In this document: positions 19,409 to 28,654 of the stretch, in pieces
Layout of the letters: every line of letters begins with the position of its first letter
Position numbering within the stretch: position 1 is the first letter of the stretch
From: Cenarchaeum sp.
GTDB lineage: Archaea; Thermoproteota; Nitrososphaeria; Nitrososphaerales; Nitrosopumilaceae
Assembly: GCA_965242695.1 (NCBI GenBank)
Contig: CBDESU010000001.1
Coordinates: 480,001-544,000 of the forward strand
Direction of reading: 5' to 3'
DNA: 64,000 bases
Notes under the pieces: model-generated
What the model was told of the DNA's origin: nothing
What the model saw: the letters and a program-made list of their open reading frames with translations, nothing else
Database searches by the model: none
Position numbers and translations under genes: made by a program

Positions 19409-21088
19409 GTGCAGGGGGGGCGGCCGTCCGTGCGCGACAAGATAGGCATAGTCCTCAACAGGCTCACCATCGGGTTTACGTTCGCGTTCATCTACCAGTT
19501 CATCGTCGGCATCGCCACCTCGATCATGATGATCCCGCTCACTGGAAACCTCCAGGACCTGATCAGCGGCATAAAGCACATCGAGTCTGGCCTCGGCGAG
19601 GCGTTCATCGCGTGGTGGGTCGTCTCTACGATGATCATCACTGCCGTGGCCCTGCTCATACTGCGGTTCAAGAAGCAGCTCTCGCCGTACAAGGGCGAGA
19701 AGGACATCGACGTGCCGCCGCGCATAACGCCGCTCACGGCCCTCATCGTCGGCGGGACCGTCTCGTTCCTGTTCTTCATGCTCGATGTCATACTCGGCGC
19801 GATAGTGCCGACCGACGAGTTCACCGACGTCGAGGCGATCTACCAGGCCGCGCTGCACGGCAACTTCGTCCCCCTTGCCATGAGCCTCGTGTTCTCGTTC
19901 GTGGCCGGCTCGATCCTCGTCGGAATAGTCGGGCGCACGGCGCACGTAAAGGCGATCGCCGAGGATGCCGGCCTGTCCCGCGTCGCATCGTCGCTAGGCA
20001 AGCGCATAAAGAAGGGCGGGGACGGCGGCGGGGAGGCGCGCACGACCGCCGATACGGTCGGCATGGCGCCCGGCGCGCTCGTCCACATCGGCGAGAAAAA
20101 GGTCGACAAGGTGACGTTCGAGGTGTTCACGTACGACAAAAACGATGTCGACGAGGCCAGGCCCGGGACGATCGAGGAGTGCCTCGCGACGATCCGCGAG
20201 GGGCGGACGTCCTGGATAAACGTCACGGGAATACACGAGGCCGACGTCATAAAGGCGTTCGGCGAGCGGTTCGACCTGCACGAGCTCGTCCAGGCCGACA
20301 TCATGAACACCGAGCAGCGCCCAAAGGCCGACCTCGTCGGCGACAACGTCTTCCTCGTGCTAAAGCTGCCGCACTTTGACGCCAAGACGGGCAGGCTCGC
20401 AATAGAGCAGATCAGCCTCGTGGCCGGCCGCGGCTACCTCTTGTCGTTCCAAGAGGTGCCGAGCGACGTGTTCGGGCGCATCCGCAAGCGGCTGCGCGCG
20501 GGGGGGCCCGTCATACGGCAGCACGACAGCGACTACATGGCGTACCTGCTCGCCGACGCCATAATAGACAGCTTCTTCGCGGCCCTCGAGAACGTCGGCG
20601 ACGTCATTGACGGCCTCGAGGAGCGGCTCATGGGCGACCCGGGCCCGTCGGCGCTCCAGACGATATACCTGCTCAAGCGGCAGCTGATCATACTGCGCAA
20701 GATCATCTGGCCGTCGCGCGAGGCCGTCGACGCGTTCTCAAAGCTGCCGCAGCCGTTCGTCTCGGAGGATACAAAGACGTACCTCAAGGACGCCTACGGC
20801 CACGCGGTGCAGGCGATGGACACGACCGAGTCGCTGCGCGACATGGTCGGCGGCATGCTCGACACGTACATGTCCATAGTCGGCAACCGCATGAACGAGG
20901 TCATGAAGACGCTCACGATAATCGCGAGCATCTTCATACCGATCACGTTCATCGCGGGCCTGTACGGGACGAACTTTCCGTACGTGCCCGAGCTCGAGAT
21001 ACAGTGGGGATACTTTGGGATGCTCGGCGTCATGGGGGCCATCAGCGTGCTGATGGTCCTGTGGTTCAGGCGCAAAAAGTGGATGTAG
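19409..21088 (+). CDS. corA: CorA Mg/Co transporter with N-terminal multi-TM extension
   Basis: WINVTGIHE, DIMNTEQRPK, MNEVMKTLT, AGLYGTNF, MPEL-like VPEL. Confidence 0.9.
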   Translation: MQGGRPSVRDKIGIVLNRLTIGFTFAFIYQFIVGIATSIMMIPLTGNLQDLISGIKHIESGLGEAFIAWWVVSTMIITAVALLILRFKKQLSPYKGEKDIDVPPRITPLTALIVGGTVSFLFFMLDVILGAIVPTDEFTDVEAIYQAALHGNFVPLAMSLVFSFVAGSILVGIVGRTAHVKAIAEDAGLSRVASSLGKRIKKGGDGGGEARTTADTVGMAPGALVHIGEKKVDKVTFEVFTYDKNDVDEARPGTIEECLATIREGRTSWINVTGIHEADVIKAFGERFDLHELVQADIMNTEQRPKADLVGDNVFLVLKLPHFDAKTGRLAIEQISLVAGRGYLLSFQEVPSDVFGRIRKRLRAGGPVIRQHDSDYMAYLLADAIIDSFFAALENVGDVIDGLEERLMGDPGPSALQTIYLLKRQLIILRKIIWPSREAVDAFSKLPQPFVSEDTKTYLKDAYGHAVQAMDTTESLRDMVGGMLDTYMSIVGNRMNEVMKTLTIIASIFIPITFIAGLYGTNFPYVPELEIQWGYFGMLGVMGAISVLMVLWFRRKKWM

Positions 21089-21097
21089 TGTGCCGCG

Positions 21098-22099
21098 ATG
21101 GACGGCGTGACTGCAAAGGCGGGCGATGCGGGCGGCGCCCCCGTACGGGGCGGCCGCGGCCGCGCCGCCCTTGCGCGGCTCCACGGCATACTAGAGGGGA
21201 CCGACGGCCGGGCGGCCGTCGCATTCCAGGTCTCGCTAGTCTGCCTCATCTGCGCCAACGTGGCCGTGATGATGGCAGAGACCGAGGACAGCCTCGAGGC
21301 GTACGACGAGGCGTTCATCTTATTCGAGACGTGCTCGATCGTCGTGTTCACGGCCGAGTACGCCGCGCGCCTGCTCTCGTCGGGGGCGGACCCGAGGTAC
21401 GCGGGGCGGCGGTGGGCGCGCGCCAGGTGCGCGGCCAACCCGATGATGCTCATAGACCTGGCCGCCATACTGCCGTTCTACCTGCCGCTCGTGCTCATCG
21501 ACATACGGTTCATCCGGGTGGTGCGCCTGCTGCGCCTGTTCGGGATGTTCAAGCTTGCGCGGTACTCGGAGCCGCTGCAGACGCTCGGCTACGTGTTCAG
21601 ATCGAAGATGGGCGACCTGGCCGTCGCGTTCTTCATATTCTTCATCGTGCTCGTGTTCGCGTCTAGCCTGATGTACTATGCCGAGAACGAGGCGCAGCCC
21701 GGGGTGTTCTCGAGCATACCCGCATCCATGTGGTGGGGGATAGTGACGCTCACCACGATAGGGTACGGCGACACGTACCCCGTGACGCCGGCCGGCAAGG
21801 CCATAGGGGCGGCCGTCGCAGTCGTCGGGCTTGCCATATACGCAATCCCGCTCGGCATAATGGCGTCGGCATTCACCGAGGAGCTGCGGCGGCAGAGGGT
21901 CGAGGCCGAGGGGCGGCCGCGGAGGGGGCTGCGCGGGGGGATCATCGGGATCGGGCGCGGCGGCGGCGGCGCGCGGGAGCAGGGGGGCGGCGGCTCCTCT
22001 CCGTCCCGCTGCCCCCACTGCGGCCACGAGATTGGCGGCGGCGCGCGGGAGCAGGGGGGCGGGGGCGGCCGCGGCGGCGATGCGCCGCCTGTTTCCTGA
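21098..22099 (+). CDS. Voltage-gated potassium channel (6TM)
   Basis: S4 segment RFIRVVRLLRLF, TTIGYGD selectivity filter, C-terminal CPHC. Confidence 0.92.
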   Translation: MDGVTAKAGDAGGAPVRGGRGRAALARLHGILEGTDGRAAVAFQVSLVCLICANVAVMMAETEDSLEAYDEAFILFETCSIVVFTAEYAARLLSSGADPRYAGRRWARARCAANPMMLIDLAAILPFYLPLVLIDIRFIRVVRLLRLFGMFKLARYSEPLQTLGYVFRSKMGDLAVAFFIFFIVLVFASSLMYYAENEAQPGVFSSIPASMWWGIVTLTTIGYGDTYPVTPAGKAIGAAVAVVGLAIYAIPLGIMASAFTEELRRQRVEAEGRPRRGLRGGIIGIGRGGGGAREQGGGGSSPSRCPHCGHEIGGGAREQGGGGGRGGDAPPVS

Positions 22100-22511
22100 T
22101 CGTCCGGCCGCCGGGTCGCGTTTGTCCGCGCCCGATGCACAGATGCCGTGTCCCTGCCGCCGGCCGGCTGTGCGGCATGCCTTTTCCGGTTTCCGTGGAG
22201 GGGGTAGGGGGCGGGAGCGGGAGTGGCCTGCGGCGGGCCTGGGCCATGCCGCCTCTTTTGTAGCCGCGGCTGCACTGGCGTTTTTCAGGCGCAAAGCCTT
22301 GTCAGCAAAAGGATGCGGGCGCCCTGCCGGAACCCTGCGCCCGGTTGCACGCCCTGCCGACATTTGCCGGCCGCCAGGCTGTCCCGCGCCGCATGCGCGG
22401 GCCGTGTGCGGTTGGCAAGGGGCCTGGCCTTGCGTGCCGCCTGCCGGCCGCGCGAGGTGCCCGGACGACCGGCATGCTTGAGCGCGGGTGCGCGGGACGG
22501 CGCCCGTGGCA

Positions 22512-22955
22512 GTGTGGCGCGTCCATGTCGACACATGGGGGATCGTAGAGGTGATCGGCGGGGGCAAGCACGCGGCCCGCGTCGAGTCGATACTGCGGCA
22601 GAGCGGGCCCGACTCCTACCTGCTGGTCGTCTCGCAGGCTGCGCTGGGCGAGGCGGCCGCCGTCGTACTGCGGCGCGGGCCTGACGCCGCGCGGCTGCTC
22701 GACGCCATGTTCGCACTGCTCTCGGACTGTAGGGTGGATCCCGGCAGCTGCATGCCGCCCGTCGACGCGGCAGTACTTGCCATCATCAACGAACTGGTTT
22801 GGGTGGTTCCAGAGCTGGACATGACGGACAGGATAATACTCGCCATAGCCTTGGCCGACACGAACTCTTCATTCCTCATAACCAGAGACAGAAAACTGGT
22901 CAACAACCCTGCAATTGTACTCTACGAGAAAAGGCTGAGATCCTTGGGACGGTGA
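22512..22955 (+). CDS. PIN-domain (VapC-like) nuclease (copy 2)
   Basis: VHVDT, LGEA, DMTD, TRD acidic tetrad pattern. Confidence 0.75.
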   Translation: MWRVHVDTWGIVEVIGGGKHAARVESILRQSGPDSYLLVVSQAALGEAAAVVLRRGPDAARLLDAMFALLSDCRVDPGSCMPPVDAAVLAIINELVWVVPELDMTDRIILAIALADTNSSFLITRDRKLVNNPAIVLYEKRLRSLGR

Positions 22956-22974
22956 AACACCAAGCTTACGATCA

Positions 22975-23562
22975 TCAATCCTTTCGAATCATCCCTCTCA
23001 TATTGATCTCGTCGAACGCGTCGTCTACGGCACTGCGGCTGGGCCCTATCATGTCCTTGATCTTGCCCTTCATCCAGTTCATGTCTTTTCTGTATTCTAT
23101 GTTCATGTCGAGGAGCGTCACTGCCGCGCACATCCACTCGGCGCTCCTGCCGGACACGAGGTCGAGGAACTCGCCTGTCCTGAACGAGGCGGGCATGTCC
23201 GGAGCGGCCGCCTCGTACACGGAGCTGTCCTCGTCGGAGAGCCTGTATATCCCGTTGGCCATCTCGTCGGAGACCGGCCCGTTGCTGAACGATGCGAACT
23301 CGAACCCCATGTCGAGGCCGTGGTACAGGGCCAGAAAGGCGCACTGCTCTATCCTGTCGACGACTACAAGGCCCTCCTCGCCGGGGGGCAGCGGCGGCCC
23401 GAACCTGACGATGCCGTTCGATGCGAGGAACCTTATGAAGCGGGCGAGCGGCGGCAGCATCTCGGGGCGAGCCTTCATGCCGATCATGGCGAGGCGCTCG
23501 CTGCGCGACAGGCGCGAGCGGTACTGGACACGGGCCGGCAGCATTGCCGCTGAGAGGGCCAT
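22975..23562 (-). CDS. Hypothetical protein, Panacea/SocA/YwgA-like (copy 2)
   Basis: Paralog of 2244-2834 (shared MIGMKARPE.LPPLARFIR; RIEQCAFLALYHGLDMGFEF...GPVSDEMA). Confidence 0.6.
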   Translation of the reverse strand: MALSAAMLPARVQYRSRLSRSERLAMIGMKARPEMLPPLARFIRFLASNGIVRFGPPLPPGEEGLVVVDRIEQCAFLALYHGLDMGFEFASFSNGPVSDEMANGIYRLSDEDSSVYEAAAPDMPASFRTGEFLDLVSGRSAEWMCAAVTLLDMNIEYRKDMNWMKGKIKDMIGPSRSAVDDAFDEINMRGMIRKD

Positions 23563-23757
23563 GGACGGCCCGCCGCAGAGGGCGCAATAAGGATTTGCGC
23601 GCCGTGCGAGGCCCTGAACGTGGGCCGCGCGCCGAACGGGAGAGCCCAGTCCGGCGGGCGCGGCGCCCGAGCGCGGGGCATTCCCCGCCCCGAGCGGGGC
23701 GCGCCCGCCGCGCCGGGGCGCGTACGTTATTATCGATCCCGCTGCGGCGCGCGGCGC

Positions 23758-24687
23758 ATGGACGACATCATAGAGGCCGGCTCCGACGTGCTGTTCTACT
23801 TCAACCGCACGAAGAAGTGGCTGGCCCGCGTCGCAGAGGGCGGCAGCCTCCACACGCACATCGGCGTCATACCGCACAACGGCGCAATCGGAAAGGAGTA
23901 CGGCTCGCGCCTCGTGACCAACAAGGAAAAGTACGTGTACCTGCTCCGCCCGACCTCTTACGACTATACGATGAAGATCGAGCACGGCACGCAGATCATA
24001 TACCCAAAGGACCTCGGGTACATCGTCTCGCGCGCCGGCATACGGAACGGCCACAAGATCGTCGAGATCGGGACGGGCAGCGGGGCGCTCACGTCGTTCC
24101 TGGCGGGGATCGTGGGGCCGCGCGGCCGCATCCACACGTTCGACGTGCGCGAGGACCTCATGCGCATCGCCGAGCGGAACATACGGCGGGCCGGCATGGA
24201 AAAGCGCGTCGCCATGAAGAACATGGACGTTCGGGATGCGGCGCGCGCGCCGGTCACGGGCGCCGATGCGGCCATCATCGACCTCGGGGACCCGTGGACG
24301 GCCGTGCCGCAGGCGCGCCGCATGCTGCGCGGGAGCGGCGCGCTCGTGGCCGTCTGCCCGACCGTCAACCAGCTCGAAAAGCTGTCCGCCGCGCTGGTCG
24401 ACAACGAGTTCACCGACATCGAGTGCTCCGAGCACATACTGCGCCCGATCGAGGCGCGCGAGGGCAAGACCCGCCACTCCTTCCAGCCGATCGGGCACAC
24501 CGCGTACCTGTGCTTTGCGCGCAAGGCCGACTTTGGGCGCCGGCGTAGCGCGGACGGCGACGACGGCGATCGCGGCGCGGACGACACGGACGGCGACGAC
24601 GGCGGCGGGGGCGACGACGGCGGCGGCGATCGCGGCGCGGACGACACGGGCGACGACGCCAATGCCGGCCCTCCCGACGGCGGCTAG
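23758..24687 (+). CDS. trmI: tRNA (adenine-N1)-methyltransferase
   Basis: TQIIYPKD, VEIGTGSGALT, DLGDPW, GHTAYL; Asp/Gly-rich tail. Confidence 0.93.
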   Translation: MDDIIEAGSDVLFYFNRTKKWLARVAEGGSLHTHIGVIPHNGAIGKEYGSRLVTNKEKYVYLLRPTSYDYTMKIEHGTQIIYPKDLGYIVSRAGIRNGHKIVEIGTGSGALTSFLAGIVGPRGRIHTFDVREDLMRIAERNIRRAGMEKRVAMKNMDVRDAARAPVTGADAAIIDLGDPWTAVPQARRMLRGSGALVAVCPTVNQLEKLSAALVDNEFTDIECSEHILRPIEAREGKTRHSFQPIGHTAYLCFARKADFGRRRSADGDDGDRGADDTDGDDGGGGDDGGGDRGADDTGDDANAGPPDGG

Positions 24688-24776
24688 CCGGCGCATGCCG
24701 CGCCCTGTCCTGACCCAGCCGCGCCCGCGCGCGGCCCCATGGCAAGTGATTTAAACGCCCGTGGGGTGCGCCCTTC

Positions 24777-25034
24777 ATGGGCAACGTAGTTCGAGTCGGC
24801 GGCAGGGGCACCTCCCGCCGCGTGACCTCGGAGGAAAAGGACAACTGGACCGGCGAGGGATACCGCAAGTACTCTGACAACCGCAAGGAGGCGGCCAAGG
24901 ACGTGTACGTCTCGATCGGCAGGGGGACCAGAAAGATCCGCCTCGGGGACATCGCCGAGACCAAGGGCCGGCCTTCCGGCAAGGGCCTCTACATCGGGAC
25001 CGGCCGCGGCACGGGCCGGCGCAAGGTCGAGTGA
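24777..25034 (+). CDS. Small basic hypothetical protein (85 aa), paralog of 14834-15091
   Basis: TTTAAA box upstream; near-identical paralog. Confidence 0.8.
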   Translation: MGNVVRVGGRGTSRRVTSEEKDNWTGEGYRKYSDNRKEAAKDVYVSIGRGTRKIRLGDIAETKGRPSGKGLYIGTGRGTGRRKVE

Positions 25035-25060
25035 CCGGGCGCCGCCCACTTTTCATCTTT

Positions 25061-26119
25061 TTACCGGCGGCGCGCCGCCTTGCCGCCCACCTCGGGGCGC
25101 CGCCGCAGCCGCCCGTGGCAGACGGCGATCCAGCCCGCCGAGTCGCTCGGGAACAGCCGGTTGCGCCGCGTCCTCATACGCTCCATCTCGGCCGGCCCCA
25201 CGGTGGCGATCCCCCCGGCGCGGAGGTCGCTGTACTCCTCCCCCGCGCGGCGCGCGGGCACTCCGGCGACAAGCGCCGCCGCCTCGGCATCAGAGTACCT
25301 CGACAGCCCGCCGATGCCCGCGCCCTCGGCGAATATGCCGAATACGGCGCCCGCTATGCGGTTCTCCTCTGGCTCGATCGAGGCGGCATCGCGCAGGTAC
25401 TCGAGTATTGCGCGGCTCGGCTCCCCGCCGGCGCCCCCCGCCCTGAAGGGGGCCAGCAGGCTTCTCAGCGTCGGCTTGCGCAGGTAGTACGAGACGCCCT
25501 CGGCCACGACGAGCGTCGGCATGTCTGCCCTCCACCCCCTCCGCTCCAGGGCCGATGCGATGCGCCGCGGCCCCGCCTCTTCCAGGTCGGCCGTGACGTG
25601 CCGCACGCATCCGGCCGCCGCGGCGCTCGCCTCCTCCATCAGGCGGCGCTTGCGGCGCGCGCCGGCCGAGTCGATCTCGTACGAGGCGACCGAATAGCCC
25701 GTGAGGGCGGCGATCTCGACGGAGAGGGGATCCAGGCCCGCGCCGAGTATTACGACCTGCCTCGCGCGGCCGCCGCGGAGGCACCGCATGGCGAGCCTCT
25801 TGATGCACGCCTTGCGGTTTCGCACGACCTCGCCGTAGTGCGGCCACACCCGCTCGCACCTGTCCGCGATCCGCCCGCCTGCGCCCCGAAGGCCGGCGCC
25901 GAGCAGCTCCATGTACCGCGCGGCATCGCCGCTCTCGAGCGCCTCGCCGCGCGACCATATCATGACGGCCTCGGAGCCGGCGGCCCTGCTGCGCCCCCTC
26001 GGGCCGGCGGCCGCCGCGGCAGACGCCGCGGCAGGCGGGCGCGCGACGCGGCCGCCGGCCGCACTCCTCCCTTTGCCAGGTCCGGCCCTGCCGGCCTCTC
26101 CGGCGCCCCCCTGCGGCAC
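25061..26119 (-). CDS. Class I SAM-dependent methyltransferase (LCM family)
   Basis: QVVILGAGLD, YEID, ADL, AEGVSYYL motifs. Confidence 0.85.
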   Translation of the reverse strand: MPQGGAGEAGRAGPGKGRSAAGGRVARPPAAASAAAAAGPRGRSRAAGSEAVMIWSRGEALESGDAARYMELLGAGLRGAGGRIADRCERVWPHYGEVVRNRKACIKRLAMRCLRGGRARQVVILGAGLDPLSVEIAALTGYSVASYEIDSAGARRKRRLMEEASAAAAGCVRHVTADLEEAGPRRIASALERRGWRADMPTLVVAEGVSYYLRKPTLRSLLAPFRAGGAGGEPSRAILEYLRDAASIEPEENRIAGAVFGIFAEGAGIGGLSRYSDAEAAALVAGVPARRAGEEYSDLRAGGIATVGPAEMERMRTRRNRLFPSDSAGWIAVCHGRLRRRPEVGGKAARRR

Positions 26120-26267
26120 GGCCTTTGGGCCGCGCCGCCGAATATCTGCCTTGGCGCCCCCTCCCCCTCCGGGCCGCGAGCCGGGGATTGCGCCCCGAGC
26201 GGGGCGGCGGCGCAGGGCGCACCGCGGGCGAAAATACGGGTGGAGAAAAGGCCGGTGCGCCTGCCGC

Positions 26268-26690
26268 CTAGTGGATCGGCCTCGGAAGCCTGCCTATGAC
26301 GGCCGCAAGCGATATCCGGCCGGGCCCCATCACGACGAAGACCAGGCAGGCGGCGAGCAGGACCAGGTCGAACTCGTAGCCGTTGTCGCCGGCGAGCGAT
26401 GCCGCCTCCTTTACGACGAAGATCGCCGCAAGCATGATGATCGCCAGCACGGACGCCGATATCCTGGACACGACGCCTACGATGAGGAGTATGCCCGGCA
26501 CGAGCTCGCCGGCCGCGATGATCATGGCGAACTCTGGCGATATGCCCATAGAGCCCATCCAACCGATGAACCCCTCGTTGCCGAACTTTCCATAGCCGTG
26601 TACTATGAAGATGACGCCGACCGCGGCGCGCAGCCCCATGAAGACAATGTCGGAGAGCTTGTGCTCCCTCAACTCTGCCGTTTCAAACAT
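26268..26690 (-). CDS. DoxX family membrane protein
   Basis: LRAAVGVIFIVHGYGK...GELVPGILLIVG...GYEFDL...GPGRISL. Confidence 0.9.
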   Translation of the reverse strand: MFETAELREHKLSDIVFMGLRAAVGVIFIVHGYGKFGNEGFIGWMGSMGISPEFAMIIAAGELVPGILLIVGVVSRISASVLAIIMLAAIFVVKEAASLAGDNGYEFDLVLLAACLVFVVMGPGRISLAAVIGRLPRPIH

Positions 26691-26853
26691 TGGTGCGCCC
26701 ACAGGGGCCCGACTATTAAACCGTCCGCACGGCCGCGCCCGGCGCGGGCAGGGGCCGGCCGCGGGCCGGGCGGGGCCCGCGCCGCGGGCAGCGCGCACGC
26801 CCCGCCCGCCTGAGCCTCTCTGAAAAAGGAAAAGGGGTGCCGCTGGCGCGGCG

Positions 26854-27912
26854 CTACTGCGACTGCATGCGCTCGAGCCAGTCGTGCCCTGCGGGCTGCT
26901 GCGGTTGCGGCTGCTGCGCCTGGGCCTTGGACTCGGTGCGCGGCTCGGACTGCTGCGGCTGCGGCTCGGACTGCTGCGGCCCTGCCTCCCGCGCCGCGGG
27001 CGGCGCCGGGGGCGGGGCTGCAAACTGCACCGCCATGCCGGATGCGCCGACGGCCTCGGCCACCTGCTGCTGCTGGGCGGCAGGCGCCGGGGCGGCGGCG
27101 ATCTCGCTGGGCGGCTCGGGGAACTGCGCGCCGATGTCGGCTGCGGCCGGCGCCCCCGCGGGCGCGGCCGCCGCCTCGGCATGCGCGGCCGCCTCCGCCG
27201 GGCGCGGCGCCTGGATGGGCGCCTCCGGCAGGTTGGCCGCGGCCGTCACCGTGTGGTTGCCAAGGTACGTCTCGGCCGAGCTCTGCAGGCGGGCATCGTG
27301 CGCCTCGAGGACCTGCTTGACCTCCATGTTGAGGTCGGCGATCCTGCGCTGGACGTTCGATATCTCCGCGTTCTCGTGCGTGATGTGCTCTACAAGGCTC
27401 GACGTGTGCGCCCTGACGGACTCGAAGGCCGCCTCGGCGATCTCGTCGCTCTTGTACTGCACCTTTGCATCGAACACGATCATCTTGATCGAGCGCAGCT
27501 GCGAGTCGAGCTCCTCCACCCTGGCCGAGAGCGTCCTTGCGATCCCTGCCTCGATGCGGTCGAACCTCTCTAGCTGCTCGCGGTACTTGCCGTCGACGAT
27601 CGCCGCATCGTCGCGCATCTCGTCGTTCTCGGAGAGTATCTCCGAGAGCGCCTTGAGGCGCCGCAGCGTCAGCCCCTTGTCCCTCAGGAGCCTCTGAGAG
27701 TCGAGCCTCCACTTTGGGATGAAGATGACCACGCTGTCCTGGACGACAATCTGCTCGAACGGCACCTGCTGCAGCCCCTGCGAACTGCAGTCGACGCCGA
27801 CGGTCTGTATGGTCCCGTCGATGTCGGTGATGGTGCCGATGACCTTGCCCATGGGCGTGCCGTACATGTCCTTGACCGCCTTGCCGACGATCTGTGCGTC
27901 TTCATTCGTCAT
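26854..27912 (-). CDS. cdvA: Cell division protein CdvA
   Basis: N-terminal PRC-barrel (VGKAVKDMYG), coiled coil, proline-rich linker, short conserved C-terminus. Confidence 0.85.
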   Translation of the reverse strand: MTNEDAQIVGKAVKDMYGTPMGKVIGTITDIDGTIQTVGVDCSSQGLQQVPFEQIVVQDSVVIFIPKWRLDSQRLLRDKGLTLRRLKALSEILSENDEMRDDAAIVDGKYREQLERFDRIEAGIARTLSARVEELDSQLRSIKMIVFDAKVQYKSDEIAEAAFESVRAHTSSLVEHITHENAEISNVQRRIADLNMEVKQVLEAHDARLQSSAETYLGNHTVTAAANLPEAPIQAPRPAEAAAHAEAAAAPAGAPAAADIGAQFPEPPSEIAAAPAPAAQQQQVAEAVGASGMAVQFAAPPPAPPAAREAGPQQSEPQPQQSEPRTESKAQAQQPQPQQPAGHDWLERMQSQ

Positions 27913-28219
27913 GCCCCCGTATCGGCGCCCCGCCATAACCGGCGCCTTGTCAGCTAGTCTTCCTCCTCGGGTCAGCTAAAGCTGACCTGCCGGGGAGGGC
28001 GGCGGGGGCGGCGGGCGCCCCCGCGGCCGCCCCCTGGCGGCAGGGGCCCGCCTAGGGGGGGAATGCCCCGTGCCGGCAGGATGCCCGCCCGGGGGCGGGA
28101 CGGCGCCCTCGGCGCCGGGGCCAGCCGCCGGCCTGCGCATCGCGGCGGCGGGGCGGCGCGCACCCACCGGCCGCCGTGCCACCGGCAATTCTTAAAACCC
28201 CGCCAGTGCGCGCCGGCGC

Positions 28220-28654
28220 ATGCTAGACCAGGGCGGCGCCGGGCAGATCATCGATGCGGTCGCGCGCCGCTGGGACGAGATCGCCGGGGATCCAGGCAAC
28301 AAGGCGTTCGCGTCGCTGCCGGGCCGGTTCTGGATGAACGCGGCAGGCGGCAGGGCCGGCGCCGGCAAGTGGGTCACGGTCCTCATGTACACCGAGAATG
28401 ATGCGGACGCCGAGGCGTTCCGGGCTGTCCTGCAGAGGTGGCAGGCGCGCGGGTCTGGCGGCGGCGATGCGGGACAGCGCGCCGCGGCGCCGGCCCCGGC
28501 GGCGCCGGACCTCATCCAGATCAGGAGGGGCGGAGGCGCCGCCGATGCGCCGCGCCCGGACGGCTCGGGGGACGGGGCGGCCGGTGCGGCGGATGGTTGT
28601 GGTCCCGGGGCCGCAACGGCGGCCGCCAAGACAGGTAACATGCCGGGGCGGTGA
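28220..28654 (+). CDS. Hypothetical protein
   Basis: TTAAAA box upstream; GTGA overlap with thyX. Confidence 0.6.
   Translation: MLDQGGAGQIIDAVARRWDEIAGDPGNKAFASLPGRFWMNAAGGRAGAGKWVTVLMYTENDADAEAFRAVLQRWQARGSGGGDAGQRAAAPAPAAPDLIQIRRGGGAADAPRPDGSGDGAAGAADGCGPGAATAAAKTGNMPGR

Noticed and set aside
22953-22955. TGA as selenocysteine or recoding
   Set aside because: It aligns to Arg, not Cys, and TGA terminates many genes in this window
24540-24665. Asp/Gly repeat tail of TrmI and similar Gly-rich repeats in the K+ channel tail
   Set aside because: Low-complexity terminal expansions occur on many proteins in this window and are not locus-specific
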